Of a stretch of DNA of 64,000 nt, positions 12,964 through 23,847 are shown one piece after another. Where the stretch lies: assembly GCF_056712565.1 (NCBI RefSeq), contig NZ_CM160072.1; one strand, written 5' to 3'. Under the pieces are notes generated by a model. The model was not told the DNA's origin, did not search any database, and saw only the letters and a list, made by a program, of their open reading frames with translations. The translations under genes were made by a program, and so were the position numbers. Numbering within the stretch: the stretch's first letter is position 1; every line of letters begins with the position of its first letter.

Positions 12964-14379
12964 GTGAAACAAAGCACTATTGCACTGGCACTCTTACCGT
13001 TACTGTTTACCCCCGTGACAAAAGCCCGGACACCAGAAATGCCTGTTCTGGAAAACCGGGCTGCTCAGGGCGATATTACTGCACCCGGTGGTGCTCGCCG
13101 CTTAACGGGTGATCAGACCGCCGCTCTGCGTGATTCTCTTAGCGATAAACCTGCAAAAAATATTATTTTGCTGATTGGCGATGGGATGGGGGACTCGGAA
13201 ATTACTGCCGCACGCAATTATGCCGAAGGTGCGGGCGGCTTTTTTAAAGGTATTGATGCCTTACCGCTTACCGGGCAATACACTCACTATGCGCTGAATA
13301 AAAAAACCGGCAAACCGGACTACGTCACCGACTCGGCTGCATCAGCAACCGCCTGGTCAACAGGTGTCAAAACCTATAATGGCGCGCTGGGCGTCGATAT
13401 TCACGAAAAAGATCACCCAACGATTCTGGAAATGGCAAAAGCCGCAGGTCTGGCGACCGGTAACGTTTCTACCGCAGAGTTGCAGGATGCCACGCCCGCT
13501 GCGCTGGTGGCGCATGTGACCTCGCGCAAATGCTACGGTCCGAGTGCGACCAGTGAAAAATGTCCGGGTAACGCTCTGGAAAAAGGCGGAAAAGGATCGA
13601 TTACCGAACAGCTGCTTAACGCCCGTGCCGATGTTACGCTTGGCGGCGGTGCAAAAACCTTTGCTGAAACGGCAACCGCCGGTGAATGGCAGGGAAAAAC
13701 GCTGCGTGAACAGGCACAGGCGCGTGGTTATCAGTTGGTGAGCGATACTGCCTCACTGAATTCGGTGACGGAAGCGAATCAGCAAAAACCCCTATTAGGA
13801 CTGTTTGCTGACGGCAATATGCCAGTGCGCTGGCAAGGACCGAAAGCAACGTACCACGGTAATATAGATAAGCCCGCAGTCACCTGTACGCCTAATCCGC
13901 AACGTAATGACAGTGTACCGACCCTGGCGCAGATGACCGACAAAGCCATTGAATTGTTGAGTAAAAATGAGAAAGGCTTTTTCCTGCAAGTTGAAGGTGC
14001 GTCAATCGATAAACAGGATCACGCAGCGAATCCTTGTGGGCAAATTGGCGAGACGGTCGATCTCGATGAAGCCGTACAACGGGCGCTGGAATTCGCTAAA
14101 AAGGATGGTAACACGTTGGTCATAGTCACCGCTGATCACGCCCATGCCAGCCAGATAGTTGCGCCGGATACCAAAGCTCCGGGCCTCACCCAGGCGCTAA
14201 ATACCAAAGATGGCGCAGTGATGGTGATGAGTTACGGGAACTCCGAAGAGGATTCACAAGAACATACCGGCAGTCAGTTGCGTATTGCGGCGTATGGCCC
14301 GCATGCCGCCAATGTTGTTGGACTGACCGACCAGACCGATCTCTTCTACACCATGAAAGCCGCCCTGGGGCTGAAATAA
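12964..14379 (+). CDS. phoA: alkaline phosphatase
   Basis: GTG start at 12964 gives signal peptide [21 protein letters not shown] then [30 protein letters not shown]...; 471 aa; ORF-track start 12895 rejected. Confidence 0.96.
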   Translation: MKQSTIALALLPLLFTPVTKARTPEMPVLENRAAQGDITAPGGARRLTGDQTAALRDSLSDKPAKNIILLIGDGMGDSEITAARNYAEGAGGFFKGIDALPLTGQYTHYALNKKTGKPDYVTDSAASATAWSTGVKTYNGALGVDIHEKDHPTILEMAKAAGLATGNVSTAELQDATPAALVAHVTSRKCYGPSATSEKCPGNALEKGGKGSITEQLLNARADVTLGGGAKTFAETATAGEWQGKTLREQAQARGYQLVSDTASLNSVTEANQQKPLLGLFADGNMPVRWQGPKATYHGNIDKPAVTCTPNPQRNDSVPTLAQMTDKAIELLSKNEKGFFLQVEGASIDKQDHAANPCGQIGETVDLDEAVQRALEFAKKDGNTLVIVTADHAHASQIVAPDTKAPGLTQALNTKDGAVMVMSYGNSEEDSQEHTGSQLRIAAYGPHAANVVGLTDQTDLFYTMKAALGLK

Positions 14380-14385
14380 AACCGC

Positions 14386-14422
14386 GCCCGGCAGTGAATT
14401 TTCGCTGCCGGGTGGTTTTTTT
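14386..14422 (+). terminator. rho-independent terminator-like hairpin after phoA
   Basis: GCCCGGCAG-loop-CTGCCGGGT followed by TTTTTTT. Confidence 0.7.
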
Positions 14423-14497
14423 GCTGTTAGCAACCAGACTTAATGGCAGATCACGGGCGCATACGCTCATGGTTAAAACATGAAGAGGGATGGTGCG

Positions 14498-14818
14498 ATG
14501 AAAATTACATTACTGGTTACCTTGCTTTTCGGTCTGGTTTTTTTAACCACCGTCGGCGCTGCCGAGAGAACCTTAACCCCACAACAACAGCGTATGACCT
14601 CTTGTAATCAGCAGGCGACGGCGCAGGCGTTGAAAGGGGATGCTCGTAAGACCTACATGAGTGATTGCCTGAAGAACAGCAAATCTGCGCCTGGTGAAAA
14701 AAGTTTGACGCCACAGCAGCAAAAGATGCGCGAATGTAATAATCAAGCAACACAACAATCTCTGAAAGGGGATGATCGTAATAAGTTTATGAGTGCCTGC
14801 CTCAAGAAAGCCGCCTGA
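14498..14818 (+). CDS. psiF: phosphate-starvation-inducible protein PsiF
   Basis: MKITLLVTLLFGLVFLTTVGA signal peptide; two tandem ~34-aa Cys-containing repeats; ATG 14498 chosen over GTG 14480. Confidence 0.9.
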   Translation: MKITLLVTLLFGLVFLTTVGAAERTLTPQQQRMTSCNQQATAQALKGDARKTYMSDCLKNSKSAPGEKSLTPQQQKMRECNNQATQQSLKGDDRNKFMSACLKKAA

Positions 14819-14835
14819 TACCTGATAGTGCTAAC

Positions 14836-14861
14836 GGGTGAGCTACGAAAATGGCTCACCC
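14836..14861 (+). terminator. hairpin downstream of psiF (weak U-tract)
   Basis: GGGTGAGC-loop-GCTCACCC. Confidence 0.4.
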
Positions 14862-14919
14862 GAAATTTCATACTTCTGCCTTTAGCCCCGTCTCTATAAT
14901 TTGGGAAAATTGTTTCTGA

Positions 14920-16035
14920 ATGTTCCCAAAAATAATGAATGATGAAAACTTTTTCAAAAAAGCGGCGGCGCATGGGGAGGAACCTCCTTTAACTCCTCAA
15001 AACGAACATCAGCGGTCCGGGCTGCGCTTTGCCCGTCGCGTCAGACTACCCCGCGCGGTTGGCCTGGCTGGCATGTTCTTACCGATTGCTTCAACGCTGG
15101 TTTCGCATCCGTCGCCGGGCTGGTGGTGGCTGTTGTTGGTCGGCTGGGCGTTCGTCTGGCCGCATTTAGCCTGGCAAATAGCGAGCAGGGCCGTCGATCC
15201 GCTTAGCCGGGAAATTTACAACTTAAAAACCGATGCAGTATTAGCGGGAATGTGGGTAGGCGTAATGGGCGTAAACGCACTGCCTTCCACCGCGATGTTG
15301 ATGATTATGTGTCTGAATTTGATGGGGGCAGGCGGCCCCCGTCTGTTTGTCGCGGGTCTGGTGTTGATGGTGGTCTCCTGCCTTGTCACCCTCGAGCTGA
15401 CGGGCATCACCGTGTCGTTCAATAGCGCACCGCTGGAATGGTGGCTCTCCCTTCCCATTATTGTCATTTATCCTCTGCTGTTTGGCTGGGTCAGCTACCA
15501 GACGGCGACTAAACTGGCGGAACATAAACGCAGGTTGCAGGTCATGAGTACCCGCGACGGTATGACGGGCGTGTATAACCGACGTCATTGGGAAACTATG
15601 TTACGCAATGAATTTGATAACTGTCGGCGGCATAATCGCGATGCAACGTTACTGATTATCGATATCGACCATTTCAAGAGCATCAACGATACCTGGGGCC
15701 ATGATGTGGGTGATGAAGCGATTGTGGCGCTTACCCGACAGTTACAAATTACCCTGCGCGGTAGCGATGTGATTGGTCGGTTTGGCGGCGATGAGTTTGC
15801 AGTAATCATGTCCGGTACGCCAGCTGAGAGCGCCATCACCGCCATGTTACGGGTGCATGAAGGGCTAAACACGTTACGCTTGCCGAATACGCCACAGGTA
15901 ACTTTACGGATTAGTGTGGGGGTTGCGCCGCTGAATCCACAAATGAGTCACTATCGCGAGTGGTTGAAATCGGCAGATTTGGCGCTCTACAAAGCAAAGA
16001 AAGCCGGACGTAACCGCACCGAAGTGGCGGCCTGA
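14920..16035 (+). CDS. dgcC: membrane-anchored diguanylate cyclase (AdrA/YaiC)
   Basis: 371 aa; N-terminal membrane segments; C-terminal GGDEF domain with RFGGDEF. Confidence 0.93.
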   Translation: MFPKIMNDENFFKKAAAHGEEPPLTPQNEHQRSGLRFARRVRLPRAVGLAGMFLPIASTLVSHPSPGWWWLLLVGWAFVWPHLAWQIASRAVDPLSREIYNLKTDAVLAGMWVGVMGVNALPSTAMLMIMCLNLMGAGGPRLFVAGLVLMVVSCLVTLELTGITVSFNSAPLEWWLSLPIIVIYPLLFGWVSYQTATKLAEHKRRLQVMSTRDGMTGVYNRRHWETMLRNEFDNCRRHNRDATLLIIDIDHFKSINDTWGHDVGDEAIVALTRQLQITLRGSDVIGRFGGDEFAVIMSGTPAESAITAMLRVHEGLNTLRLPNTPQVTLRISVGVAPLNPQMSHYREWLKSADLALYKAKKAGRNRTEVAA

Positions 16036-16051
16036 CGTCCGGCAAAAGCCA

Positions 16052-16861
16052 TCAGGATTTGCTGAGTTTTTCTGATTTTTCCATACACTTCGTCATCGCT
16101 TCGATCACTGCGGCACGGAAGCCTTTCTCTTCCAGTACGCGTACCGCCTCAATGGTGGTGCCTCCCGGTGAGCAGACCATATCTTTCAGTGTCCCCGGAT
16201 GTTCTCCCGTTTCCAGCACCATTTTTGCGGAGCCCATTACCGCCTGAGCGGCAAATTTATACGCCTGGGCGCGTGGCATCCCGCCCAGCACGGCGGCGTC
16301 GGCCATCGCTTCGATAAACATAAAGACGTAGGCTGGCGAAGAACCGCTCACACCGACCACCGGGTGGATCATCGGCTCAGCAATCACTTCCGCTTCGCCA
16401 AAGCAGCGGAAAATATTCAGCACATCAGCGGTATCTTCTGGGGTTACCAGCGCGTTTGGCGTTACGGAGGTCATCCCGGCATTAACCAGCGCGGGAGTGT
16501 TCGGCATGGCGCGGATAATTTTCCGGTCATGGCCCAGCGCGCGGGCAAGCTGGTCGAGCGTGATACCTGCAGCAATAGAAACGACCAGAGAGTCTTTATT
16601 CAGGCTGGAGGTGATTTCGCTAAGCACTTTAATCATGATGCCTGGTTTAACGGCGGCAAAAATGATGTCGGCGATTTGCGCTACTTCTTGCGCCGATTCT
16701 GCGGCGTTGATGCCGAACTGGTCATGCAGGACGGTGACTTTATCCGGGGAGGGGGTATATACCCAGATTTGCCCTGGAAGCACCTGACCGCTGGCAATCA
16801 GACCGCCGAGAATGGCTTTTCCCATATTGCCGCAGCCAATAAAACCGATTTTCTTTTCCAT
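16052..16861 (-). CDS. proC: pyrroline-5-carboxylate reductase
   Basis: Start at 16861 gives [21 protein letters not shown] (Rossmann GxGxxG); ORF-track start 16969 rejected. Confidence 0.94.
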   Translation of the reverse strand: MEKKIGFIGCGNMGKAILGGLIASGQVLPGQIWVYTPSPDKVTVLHDQFGINAAESAQEVAQIADIIFAAVKPGIMIKVLSEITSSLNKDSLVVSIAAGITLDQLARALGHDRKIIRAMPNTPALVNAGMTSVTPNALVTPEDTADVLNIFRCFGEAEVIAEPMIHPVVGVSGSSPAYVFMFIEAMADAAVLGGMPRAQAYKFAAQAVMGSAKMVLETGEHPGTLKDMVCSPGGTTIEAVRVLEEKGFRAAVIEAMTKCMEKSEKLSKS

Positions 16862-16980
16862 TGCCTCACTCCTGCCGTGAAATTCATTGTTTTGATAATC
16901 GCTGGCAGAAGCATAAACAGAACTATGCCGGAAGGCAAAAGCGCGACACAATAGAGGATTACCCAACAAAGGATGACTTT

Positions 16981-17439
16981 ATGACAATTTGGGTGGATGC
17001 CGACGCGTGTCCCAATGTAATTAAAGAGATTTTGTATCGCGCGGCGGAACGTATGCAGATGCCGCTGGTACTGGTAGCAAACCAGAGTTTACGCGTGCCG
17101 CCATCGCGATTTATTCGTACGCTGCGCGTCGCGGCAGGTTTCGACGTTGCTGATAACGAAATTGTTCGGCAGTGTGAAGCGGGCGATTTGGTGATCACCG
17201 CAGATATACCTTTGGCTGCTGAAGCCATCGAGAAAGGCGCGGCGGCGCTTAATCCGCGCGGCGAACGTTACACGCCAGCGACCATTCGTGAGCGCCTGAC
17301 GATGCGCGATTTTATGGATACCTTACGTGCCAGTGGGATCCAGACCGGAGGACCAGATAGTCTTTCACAACGTGACCGCCAGGCTTTTGCTGCGGAGCTG
17401 GAGAAGTGGTGGCTGGAAGTGCAACGTAGTCGTGGCTAA
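16981..17439 (+). CDS. yaiI: UPF0178 family protein YaiI
   Basis: ATG at 16981 ([26 protein letters not shown]..., 152 aa); ORF-track start 16861 would overlap proC. Confidence 0.85.
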   Translation: MTIWVDADACPNVIKEILYRAAERMQMPLVLVANQSLRVPPSRFIRTLRVAAGFDVADNEIVRQCEAGDLVITADIPLAAEAIEKGAAALNPRGERYTPATIRERLTMRDFMDTLRASGIQTGGPDSLSQRDRQAFAAELEKWWLEVQRSRG

Positions 17440-17440
17440 A

Positions 17441-17458
17441 TGTAATTTATTATTTACA
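17441..17458 (+). promoter_or_regulatory. TyrR box upstream of aroL
   Basis: TGTAATTTATTATTTACA matches the TGTAAA-N6-TTTACA palindrome. Confidence 0.65.
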
Positions 17459-17516
17459 CTTCATTCTTGAATATTTATTGGTATAGTAAGGGATGTATTG
17501 AGATTTCCACCTTAAG

Positions 17517-17534
17517 TGGAATTTTTTCTTTACA
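17517..17534 (+). promoter_or_regulatory. second, weaker TyrR-type box upstream of aroL
   Basis: TGGAATTTTTTCTTTACA; GTACTAGT (TrpR-like core) and TATGAT -10 follow within 30 bp. Confidence 0.45.
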
Positions 17535-17621
17535 ATCGAAATTGTACTAGTTTGATGGTATGATCGCTATTCTCATGACACCGGCTTTCGCCGCATTGCG
17601 ACCTATTGGGGAAAACCCACG

Positions 17622-18146
17622 ATGACACAACCTCTTTTTCTGATCGGGCCTCGGGGCTGTGGTAAAACAACGGTCGGAATGGCCCTTGCCGATTCGCTTA
17701 ACCGTCGGTTTGTCGATACCGACCTGTGGTTGCAATCACAGCTCAATATGACGGTCGCGGAGATCGTCGAAAGGGAAGAGTGGGCGGGATTCCGCGCCAG
17801 AGAAACGGCGGCGCTGGAAGCGGTAACTGCGCCATCCACCGTTATCGCTACAGGCGGCGGCATTATTCTGACGGAATTTAATCGTCACTTCATGCAAAAT
17901 AACGGGATCGTGGTTTATTTGTGTGCGCCAGTATCAGTCCTGGTTAACCGACTGCAAGCTGCACCGGAAGAAGATTTACGGCCAACCTTAACGGGAAAAC
18001 CACTGAGCGAAGAAGTTCAGGAAGTGCTGGAAGAACGCGATGCGCTATATCGCGAAGTTGCGCATATTATCATCGACGCAACAAACGAACCCAGCCAGGT
18101 GATTTCTGAAATTCGCAGCGCTCTGGCACAGACGATCAATTGTTGA
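17622..18146 (+). CDS. aroL: shikimate kinase II
   Basis: 174 aa; Walker [36 protein letters not shown]... Confidence 0.95.
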   Translation: MTQPLFLIGPRGCGKTTVGMALADSLNRRFVDTDLWLQSQLNMTVAEIVEREEWAGFRARETAALEAVTAPSTVIATGGGIILTEFNRHFMQNNGIVVYLCAPVSVLVNRLQAAPEEDLRPTLTGKPLSEEVQEVLEERDALYREVAHIIIDATNEPSQVISEIRSALAQTINC

Positions 18147-18186
18147 TTTTCGAGCGCCTATACTTAACGTTCATCCCGTGAAATAA

Positions 18187-18387
<201 letters not shown>

Positions 18388-18644
18388 CCGCATCAGACTG
18401 CTCGGAAGGGATTCTGAGTGCCGCCACAAGGGATCTGCGTCACATTTTTCACAATTCATGTTTTTCAAATAATTAGAATATTAAACAATAACAATCCATT
18501 ACTGGAATCATTTGGAATCTTTACATTATGCAGTGCAGGTCTGCTGCTACGCTTTTTGTCATTTGTAGCACAAGTAAGTGTCAGCAGTGGTGCTTAACAC
18601 TTGCCCGGTAATTAACGACGAAATAAAAGTAAGGTGGAAGAACA

Positions 18645-19322
18645 ATGAGTGCGTCGTTGGCGATCCTGACTATCGGCATTGTACCTATGCAGGAAGTTTT
18701 GCCGCTCCTGACAGAATACATTGACGAAGATAATATTTCCCATCATAGCCTGCTGGGGAAGTTAAGCCGCGAAGAAGTGATGGCGGAGTACGCGCCAGAA
18801 GCAGGCGAAGACACAATTCTCACATTATTAAATGACAACCATCTGGCCCATGTTTCGCGTCGCAAAGTGGAGCGAGACCTGCAAGGTGTGGTTGAAGTGC
18901 TCGATAATCAGGGTTACGACGTCATTATATTAATGAGTACAGCAAACATTAGTAGTATGACCGCGCGTAATACGATCTTTCTTGAGCCGTCGCGGATATT
19001 GCCACCGCTGGTTTCCTCTATTGTTGAAGATCATCAGGTGGGGGTTATCGTACCGGTTGAGGAGTTGCTGACCGTTCAGGCGCAAAAATGGCAAATTTTG
19101 CAGAAACCGCCAGTATTTTCATTGGGTAACCCCATTCATGATTCGGAACAAAAAATCATTGATGCCGGGAAAGAATTACTGGCAAAAGGTGCAGATGTCA
19201 TCATGCTGGATTGTTTGGGATTTAACCAGCGTCATCGCGATTTACTGCAAAAACAGCTCGATGTTCCTGTCTTGCTCTCTAACGTATTGATTGCACGGCT
19301 GGCTGCGGAATTACTAATGTAA
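18645..19322 (+). CDS. aroM: AroM family protein
   Basis: 225 aa; [39 protein letters not shown]... Confidence 0.9.
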   Translation: MSASLAILTIGIVPMQEVLPLLTEYIDEDNISHHSLLGKLSREEVMAEYAPEAGEDTILTLLNDNHLAHVSRRKVERDLQGVVEVLDNQGYDVIILMSTANISSMTARNTIFLEPSRILPPLVSSIVEDHQVGVIVPVEELLTVQAQKWQILQKPPVFSLGNPIHDSEQKIIDAGKELLAKGADVIMLDCLGFNQRHRDLLQKQLDVPVLLSNVLIARLAAELLM

Positions 19323-19393
19323 TTTTGCGTGACAGCCAGCGCCTCTGGCCCCTATAGTGAAGTAGATGTTCAACTACCAGACAGGGCCAGTTT

Positions 19394-19678
19394 ATGCTTC
19401 AAAGTAATGAGTACTTTTCCGGCAAAGTGAAATCGATCGGCTTTTCCAGCAGCAGCACTGGTCGCGCCAGCGTGGGTGTTATGGTTGAAGGTGAATACAC
19501 CTTCAGCACCGCTGAGCCTGAAGAGATGACGGTAATCAGTGGCGCGCTGAATGTGTTACTGCCTGACGCGACCGACTGGCAAGTGTATGAAGCCGGTTCG
19601 GTGTTTAATGTTCCCGGTCACAGCGAGTTTCATCTGCAAGTTGCCGAACCCACCTCTTATCTGTGCCGCTATCTGTAA
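19394..19678 (+). CDS. ppnP: pyrimidine/purine nucleoside phosphorylase PpnP (YaiE)
   Basis: 94 aa; [37 protein letters not shown]..., cupin-like. Confidence 0.9.
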
Positions 19679-19684
19679 TTCCTC

Positions 19685-19713
19685 GCCTTCCCCTTGAACG
19701 GGAGGGCATTTTT
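19685..19713 (+). terminator. rho-independent terminator after ppnP
   Basis: GCCTTCCC-loop-GGGAGGGC followed by ATTTTTCT. Confidence 0.6.
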
Positions 19714-19885
19714 CTGAAATGTCCTCTCTTTAACCCATAATAATATTTCCTTTGCTGGGATTTTTTCGATTTCCGATATATTCATAATTCATCAAGGTTG
19801 ATATAAATATCAGCGAAGATCTCCAGATATTGTTGCGGAACTGGCGACGATAAAAGATAAATCAGATGATGAATGGTGGCGTGCA

Positions 19886-20167
19886 TTGCTGCAAAGTCGC
19901 AATGATCATTTGCGCCAAACGGCATTGCACAACGCACATACCCCGGTGTTGTTGTTAACGACATTGACTGAGCCTCAGGAGCGGTCGCTGGCTATTAATA
20001 ATTCACAGCTGGCTGCCGATGTGAAAACGGCGTGGTTAAAAGAGGAGCCATCATTACTCTTATTTGTCGAACAACCCGATCTTTCGCTGTTACGTGATTT
20101 AGTGAAAACCGGGGCAACGCGAAAAATTCGCAGTGAAGCGCGTCACCGGCTTGAGGAAAAACAATGA
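19886..20167 (+). CDS. hypothetical protein, orphan ORF with TTG start (possibly a ykiA-like remnant)
   Basis: 93-codon ORF; frame open upstream to 19802 with no ATG; no clear SD; between ppnP terminator and a REP element. Confidence 0.3.
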   Translation: MLQSRNDHLRQTALHNAHTPVLLLTTLTEPQERSLAINNSQLAADVKTAWLKEEPSLLLFVEQPDLSLLRDLVKTGATRKIRSEARHRLEEKQ

Positions 20168-20271
20168 CACAACGCCCCTGGAGCAAGTTACAGCATAAAA
20201 CGCATAATATTGCTGCGCTAAGAATTATTGCCCGCTGTAGCTAACGATTATATTCCTGGTGTGGCTTTGTA

Positions 20272-20306
20272 CGCCGGATAAGACGCGGCAGGCGTCGCAT
20301 CCGGCA
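20272..20306. repeat. REP element
   Basis: GCCGGATAAGACGCGGCAGGCGTCGCATCCGGC palindromic unit just downstream of rdgC stop. Confidence 0.6.
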
Positions 20307-20324
20307 TTAAAGGTAAATCAGCAA

Positions 20325-21236
20325 TTAACGTTGTGCTTCGCCACCTAATCCTTCAATCAGGTTTTGAATTAACGCTGCCAGTTCACCAGTCATCAGGATG
20401 AAATCGGCATCAAAGCGCTGGGCGAAATCTTCACGGTCGATATCTTCGTTTTGATCGCGCAGCTCGTCGCAGAACTTCAGACGCTTGAGCGAACCATCGT
20501 CGCACATCACAAACTGAATGCGCTGCTGCCAGTCAAGCGCCAGTTTAGTCACCACTTTTCCGGCTTCAATGTGGTTGGTGATCTCTTCGCTGGTCAGATC
20601 TTGTTTCTTCGCGCGGATCACGCCGCCATCTTCCAGCAACGATTTCAGCTCGGCTTCATCAAGCAGCTGGAAGCCCTGTGCCGCGCTGCCGGAACGTACC
20701 CATTCGGTCAGCGTCAGTTCAATCGGGTTTTCCATGCTCAATGGTACAACCGGTAACGACCCCAGGCTTTTACGCAGCAGTGCCAGCGTATCTTCCGCTT
20801 TTTTGGCGCTGGCGCAGTCCACCATAATCAAACCGTTAACCGTGTCGATCCACATCATTGTCTGGCTAAAACGGCTGAAAGCACGCGGCAGCAGAGAGTG
20901 CAGCACTTCGTCTTTCAGCGAATCTTTTTCGGTTTTCTTCAGCTTACGCGCCTGTTCTGCTTCCAGTTTGGCGATTTTCGCTTCCAGCGCCTGTTTAATC
21001 ACCGGGGACGGGAGGATTTTTTCTTCTTTGCGCGCACAGATAACAATTTGACCATTGGCAACGTGCGTTAACGCATCGCTGTGCGATCCCATCGGAGGTA
21101 CCCAGCCCATCTTCGCCATGTCCTGGCTGCCGCATGGGGTAAATGCCATCGAGGCTAGCTGTTTTTCCATCTCTTCTGCACGCAGCGAAATCTCGCGGCT
21201 AAGACGGTAAACCATTAAATTTTTGAACCACAGCAT
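20325..21236 (-). CDS. rdgC: recombination-associated protein RdgC
   Basis: Start at 21236 gives [39 protein letters not shown]... (303 aa); ORF-track start 21308 rejected. Confidence 0.93.
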
Positions 21237-21360
21237 GATAATTTCCACGGCCTTGTCGTTAAATTTAGCGGGCATGATAACGAATTGTCGGCGGCCTTGC
21301 ATTGCCAATCCGGTTGTCCGTCTCTACGCTATTGATATTGAAAAAAATAAGGAGAGTACC

Positions 21361-22269
21361 GTGCGTATAGGTATCGATTTAGGCGGCACCAAAACTGAAG
21401 TGATTGCATTGGGCGATGCAGGGGAGCAGTTGTACCGCCATCGTCTGCCCACGCCGCGTGATGATTACCGGCAGACTATTGAAACGATCGCCACGTTGGT
21501 TGATATGGCGGAGCAGGCAACAGGGCAGCGCGGAACGGTAGGTATGGGCATTCCAGGTTCGATTTCGCCCTACACCGGCGTGGTGAAGAATGCCAATTCA
21601 ACCTGGCTCAACGGTCAGCCATTCGATAAAGACTTAAGCGCGCGGTTGCAGCGGGAAGTGCGGCTGGCAAATGACGCCAACTGTCTGGCGGTTTCAGAAG
21701 CGGTAGATGGCGCGGCAGCGGGAGCGCAGACGGTATTTGCCGTGATTATCGGCACGGGATGCGGCGCGGGCGTGGCATTCAATGGGCGGGCGCATATCGG
21801 CGGCAATGGCACGGCAGGCGAGTGGGGACACAATCCGCTACCGTGGATGGACGAAGACGAACTGCGTTATCGCGAGGAAGTCCCTTGTTATTGCGGTAAA
21901 CAAGGTTGTATTGAAACCTTTATTTCAGGCACGGGATTCGCGACGGATTATCGTCGTTTGAGCGGACATGCGCTGAAAGGCAGTGAAATTATCCGCCTGG
22001 TTGAAGAAAGCGATCCGGTAGCGGAACTGGCATTGCGTCGCTACGAGCTGCGGCTGGCAAAATCGCTGGCACATGTCGTGAATATTCTCGATCCGGATGT
22101 GATTGTCCTGGGCGGCGGAATGAGCAATGTAGACCGTTTATATCAAACGGTTCCACAGTTGATTAAACAATTTGTCTTCGGCGGAGAATGTGAAACGCCG
22201 GTACGCAAGGCGAAACATGGTGATTCGAGCGGCGTACGCGGCGCTGCATGGTTATGGCCACAAGAGTAA
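21361..22269 (+). CDS. mak: fructokinase/manno(fructo)kinase Mak (ROK family)
   Basis: GTG at 21361 after [20 protein letters not shown]... with ROK Cys motif [11 protein letters not shown]-track start 21223 would overlap rdgC. Confidence 0.9.
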   Translation: MRIGIDLGGTKTEVIALGDAGEQLYRHRLPTPRDDYRQTIETIATLVDMAEQATGQRGTVGMGIPGSISPYTGVVKNANSTWLNGQPFDKDLSARLQREVRLANDANCLAVSEAVDGAAAGAQTVFAVIIGTGCGAGVAFNGRAHIGGNGTAGEWGHNPLPWMDEDELRYREEVPCYCGKQGCIETFISGTGFATDYRRLSGHALKGSEIIRLVEESDPVAELALRRYELRLAKSLAHVVNILDPDVIVLGGGMSNVDRLYQTVPQLIKQFVFGGECETPVRKAKHGDSSGVRGAAWLWPQE

Positions 22270-22294
22270 AAAAACCAGGCAATTGGCGTATCAT

Positions 22295-22510
22295 GCCTGA
22301 TGCGACGCTTGCCGCGTCTTATCAGGCCTACAAAGTGAGCCGTCCGGTAGGCCGGATAAGGCGCTCGCGCCGCATCCGACAACAAATAACGCGCACAGTG
22401 GCGGCAACCCCCCAGTGCTCCGATGCCTGATGCGACACTGGCGTGTCTTATCAGGCCTACAAAATGAACAGTCCCGTAGGCCGGATAAGGCGTTCACGCC
22501 GCATCCGGCA
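22295..22510. repeat. BIME/REP cluster: two tandem ~125-bp units each holding a pair of inverted REP palindromes
   Basis: GCCTGATGCGACGCTTGCCGCGTCTTATCAGGCCTAC...GTAGGCCGGATAAGGCGCTCGCGCCGCATCCGAC repeated with minor differences. Confidence 0.8.
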
Positions 22511-22537
22511 ACAAGCGATGCGCACTGCGACTGCTAT

Positions 22538-23722
22538 CTACCCCAGTGGTTTCGCCAGCACCGAACTATCCGCCGCTTGCTGGCGCTTATAGCGACCATA
22601 CAGCAGCAACGACGACATCGCAGCAAACGAAAGCAGGGCGGCGGGCAGCGCCACGTAATTATATGCCAGCCCCAGCGTCAGCATCATACCACCGCAATAT
22701 GCGCCGACGGCGCTACCGAGGTTAAACGCTATTTGCCCACCTGCGGCACCTAATAACTCTCCGCCTTTGGCATTTTGCAGTAATAATATTTGTAGAGGTG
22801 CTGATAGGGCAAATAATCCCGCGCAACAAATAAAAGCAAAAATAAGCGACGTTGTTTTCATACCGCCGAAGAAAAAGAGCATCAGCAGTGCCAGTACAAT
22901 GATAAAGTCAGTCACTGCTGCAATGCGCAGTGGTGAATAACGTCCTGAAATCCTGCCACTTAGCATATTCCCCAGCACCATCCCTAGCCCAACTAACATC
23001 ATAATAAAGGTCATCGCCGTTTCCGAAAAACCGGAAATAAACATCATGTATGGCTTTACGTAGCTGAACCAGGCAAACACACCTGCGTTGCCAAACATCG
23101 TAGCGGCGAAAATTAACCACGGGGCAGGGCTGCGTAAAAAGTGAAATTGTTCGCGTAGTTTTCCTTTCGCCTCGTCGCGAATATCCGGCACCCAAAAATA
23201 GACCGATGCCATCACCGCAATATTAAAAACAGCGATCAACAAAAAGGTGTAGCGCCAGCTAAATTCCTGACTTAAATACGTTCCCAGTGGAATGCCCAGC
23301 AAATTGGCGACTGTCATCCCGGAAACCATCCCTGCCACGGCGGCGGTGACTTTGCCGGGTTTGATAATTTTTGATAACACGATCGCGCCGACGCCAAAAA
23401 ATGCACCATGCGGAAAGCCGGAAACCAGCCGACCAATGGCGAGCATCAGGTAAGACGAAGAGAGCGTGAACATGGCGTTGCCAATGACGCACAACGCCAC
23501 CAGAAACAACAAGATATGTTTGAGTGAGTAGCGGCTGGAAAAAAGCGCGATTATAGGCGCACCGACCACCACCCCCAGCGCATAATACGAGATCATATGC
23601 CCGGCGGCAGGAATCGAAATTCCTACGTTATGCGCCAGCTCCGTGAGCACGCCCATAATGCCAAATTCGGCCATCCCCAAACCAAACGTGCCCAGAGCCA
23701 AAGATAAAATAACTTTTTTCAT
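22538..23722 (-). CDS. araJ: MFS transporter AraJ
   Basis: Start at 23722 gives MKKVILSLALGTFGLGMAEFGIMGVLTEL... (394 aa, 12 TM-like segments); ORF-track start 23806 rejected. Confidence 0.92.
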   Translation of the reverse strand: MKKVILSLALGTFGLGMAEFGIMGVLTELAHNVGISIPAAGHMISYYALGVVVGAPIIALFSSRYSLKHILLFLVALCVIGNAMFTLSSSYLMLAIGRLVSGFPHGAFFGVGAIVLSKIIKPGKVTAAVAGMVSGMTVANLLGIPLGTYLSQEFSWRYTFLLIAVFNIAVMASVYFWVPDIRDEAKGKLREQFHFLRSPAPWLIFAATMFGNAGVFAWFSYVKPYMMFISGFSETAMTFIMMLVGLGMVLGNMLSGRISGRYSPLRIAAVTDFIIVLALLMLFFFGGMKTTSLIFAFICCAGLFALSAPLQILLLQNAKGGELLGAAGGQIAFNLGSAVGAYCGGMMLTLGLAYNYVALPAALLSFAAMSSLLLYGRYKRQQAADSSVLAKPLG

Positions 23723-23847
23723 ACCACCATCACAACCACCAGAACGGCTACCAATCACCGTAGCCAATAAAGTGATAGATTGCAGGATAACGACCAGCGA
23801 GGCCAAGAGATAATTCGCCCCTCTGTATTCATTATCCTGCTGAATAG

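Noticed and set aside
22295-22510. Possible CRISPR array (repeated palindromic units)
   Set aside because: Only two units, repeat length and internal palindrome match REP/BIME, no regular repeat-spacer periodicity and no cas genes in the window.
22248-22753. Several 60-112-codon ORFs on both strands in the mak-araJ spacer
   Set aside because: They lie inside the REP/BIME palindromes; the translations are Arg/Cys-rich repeat artefacts.
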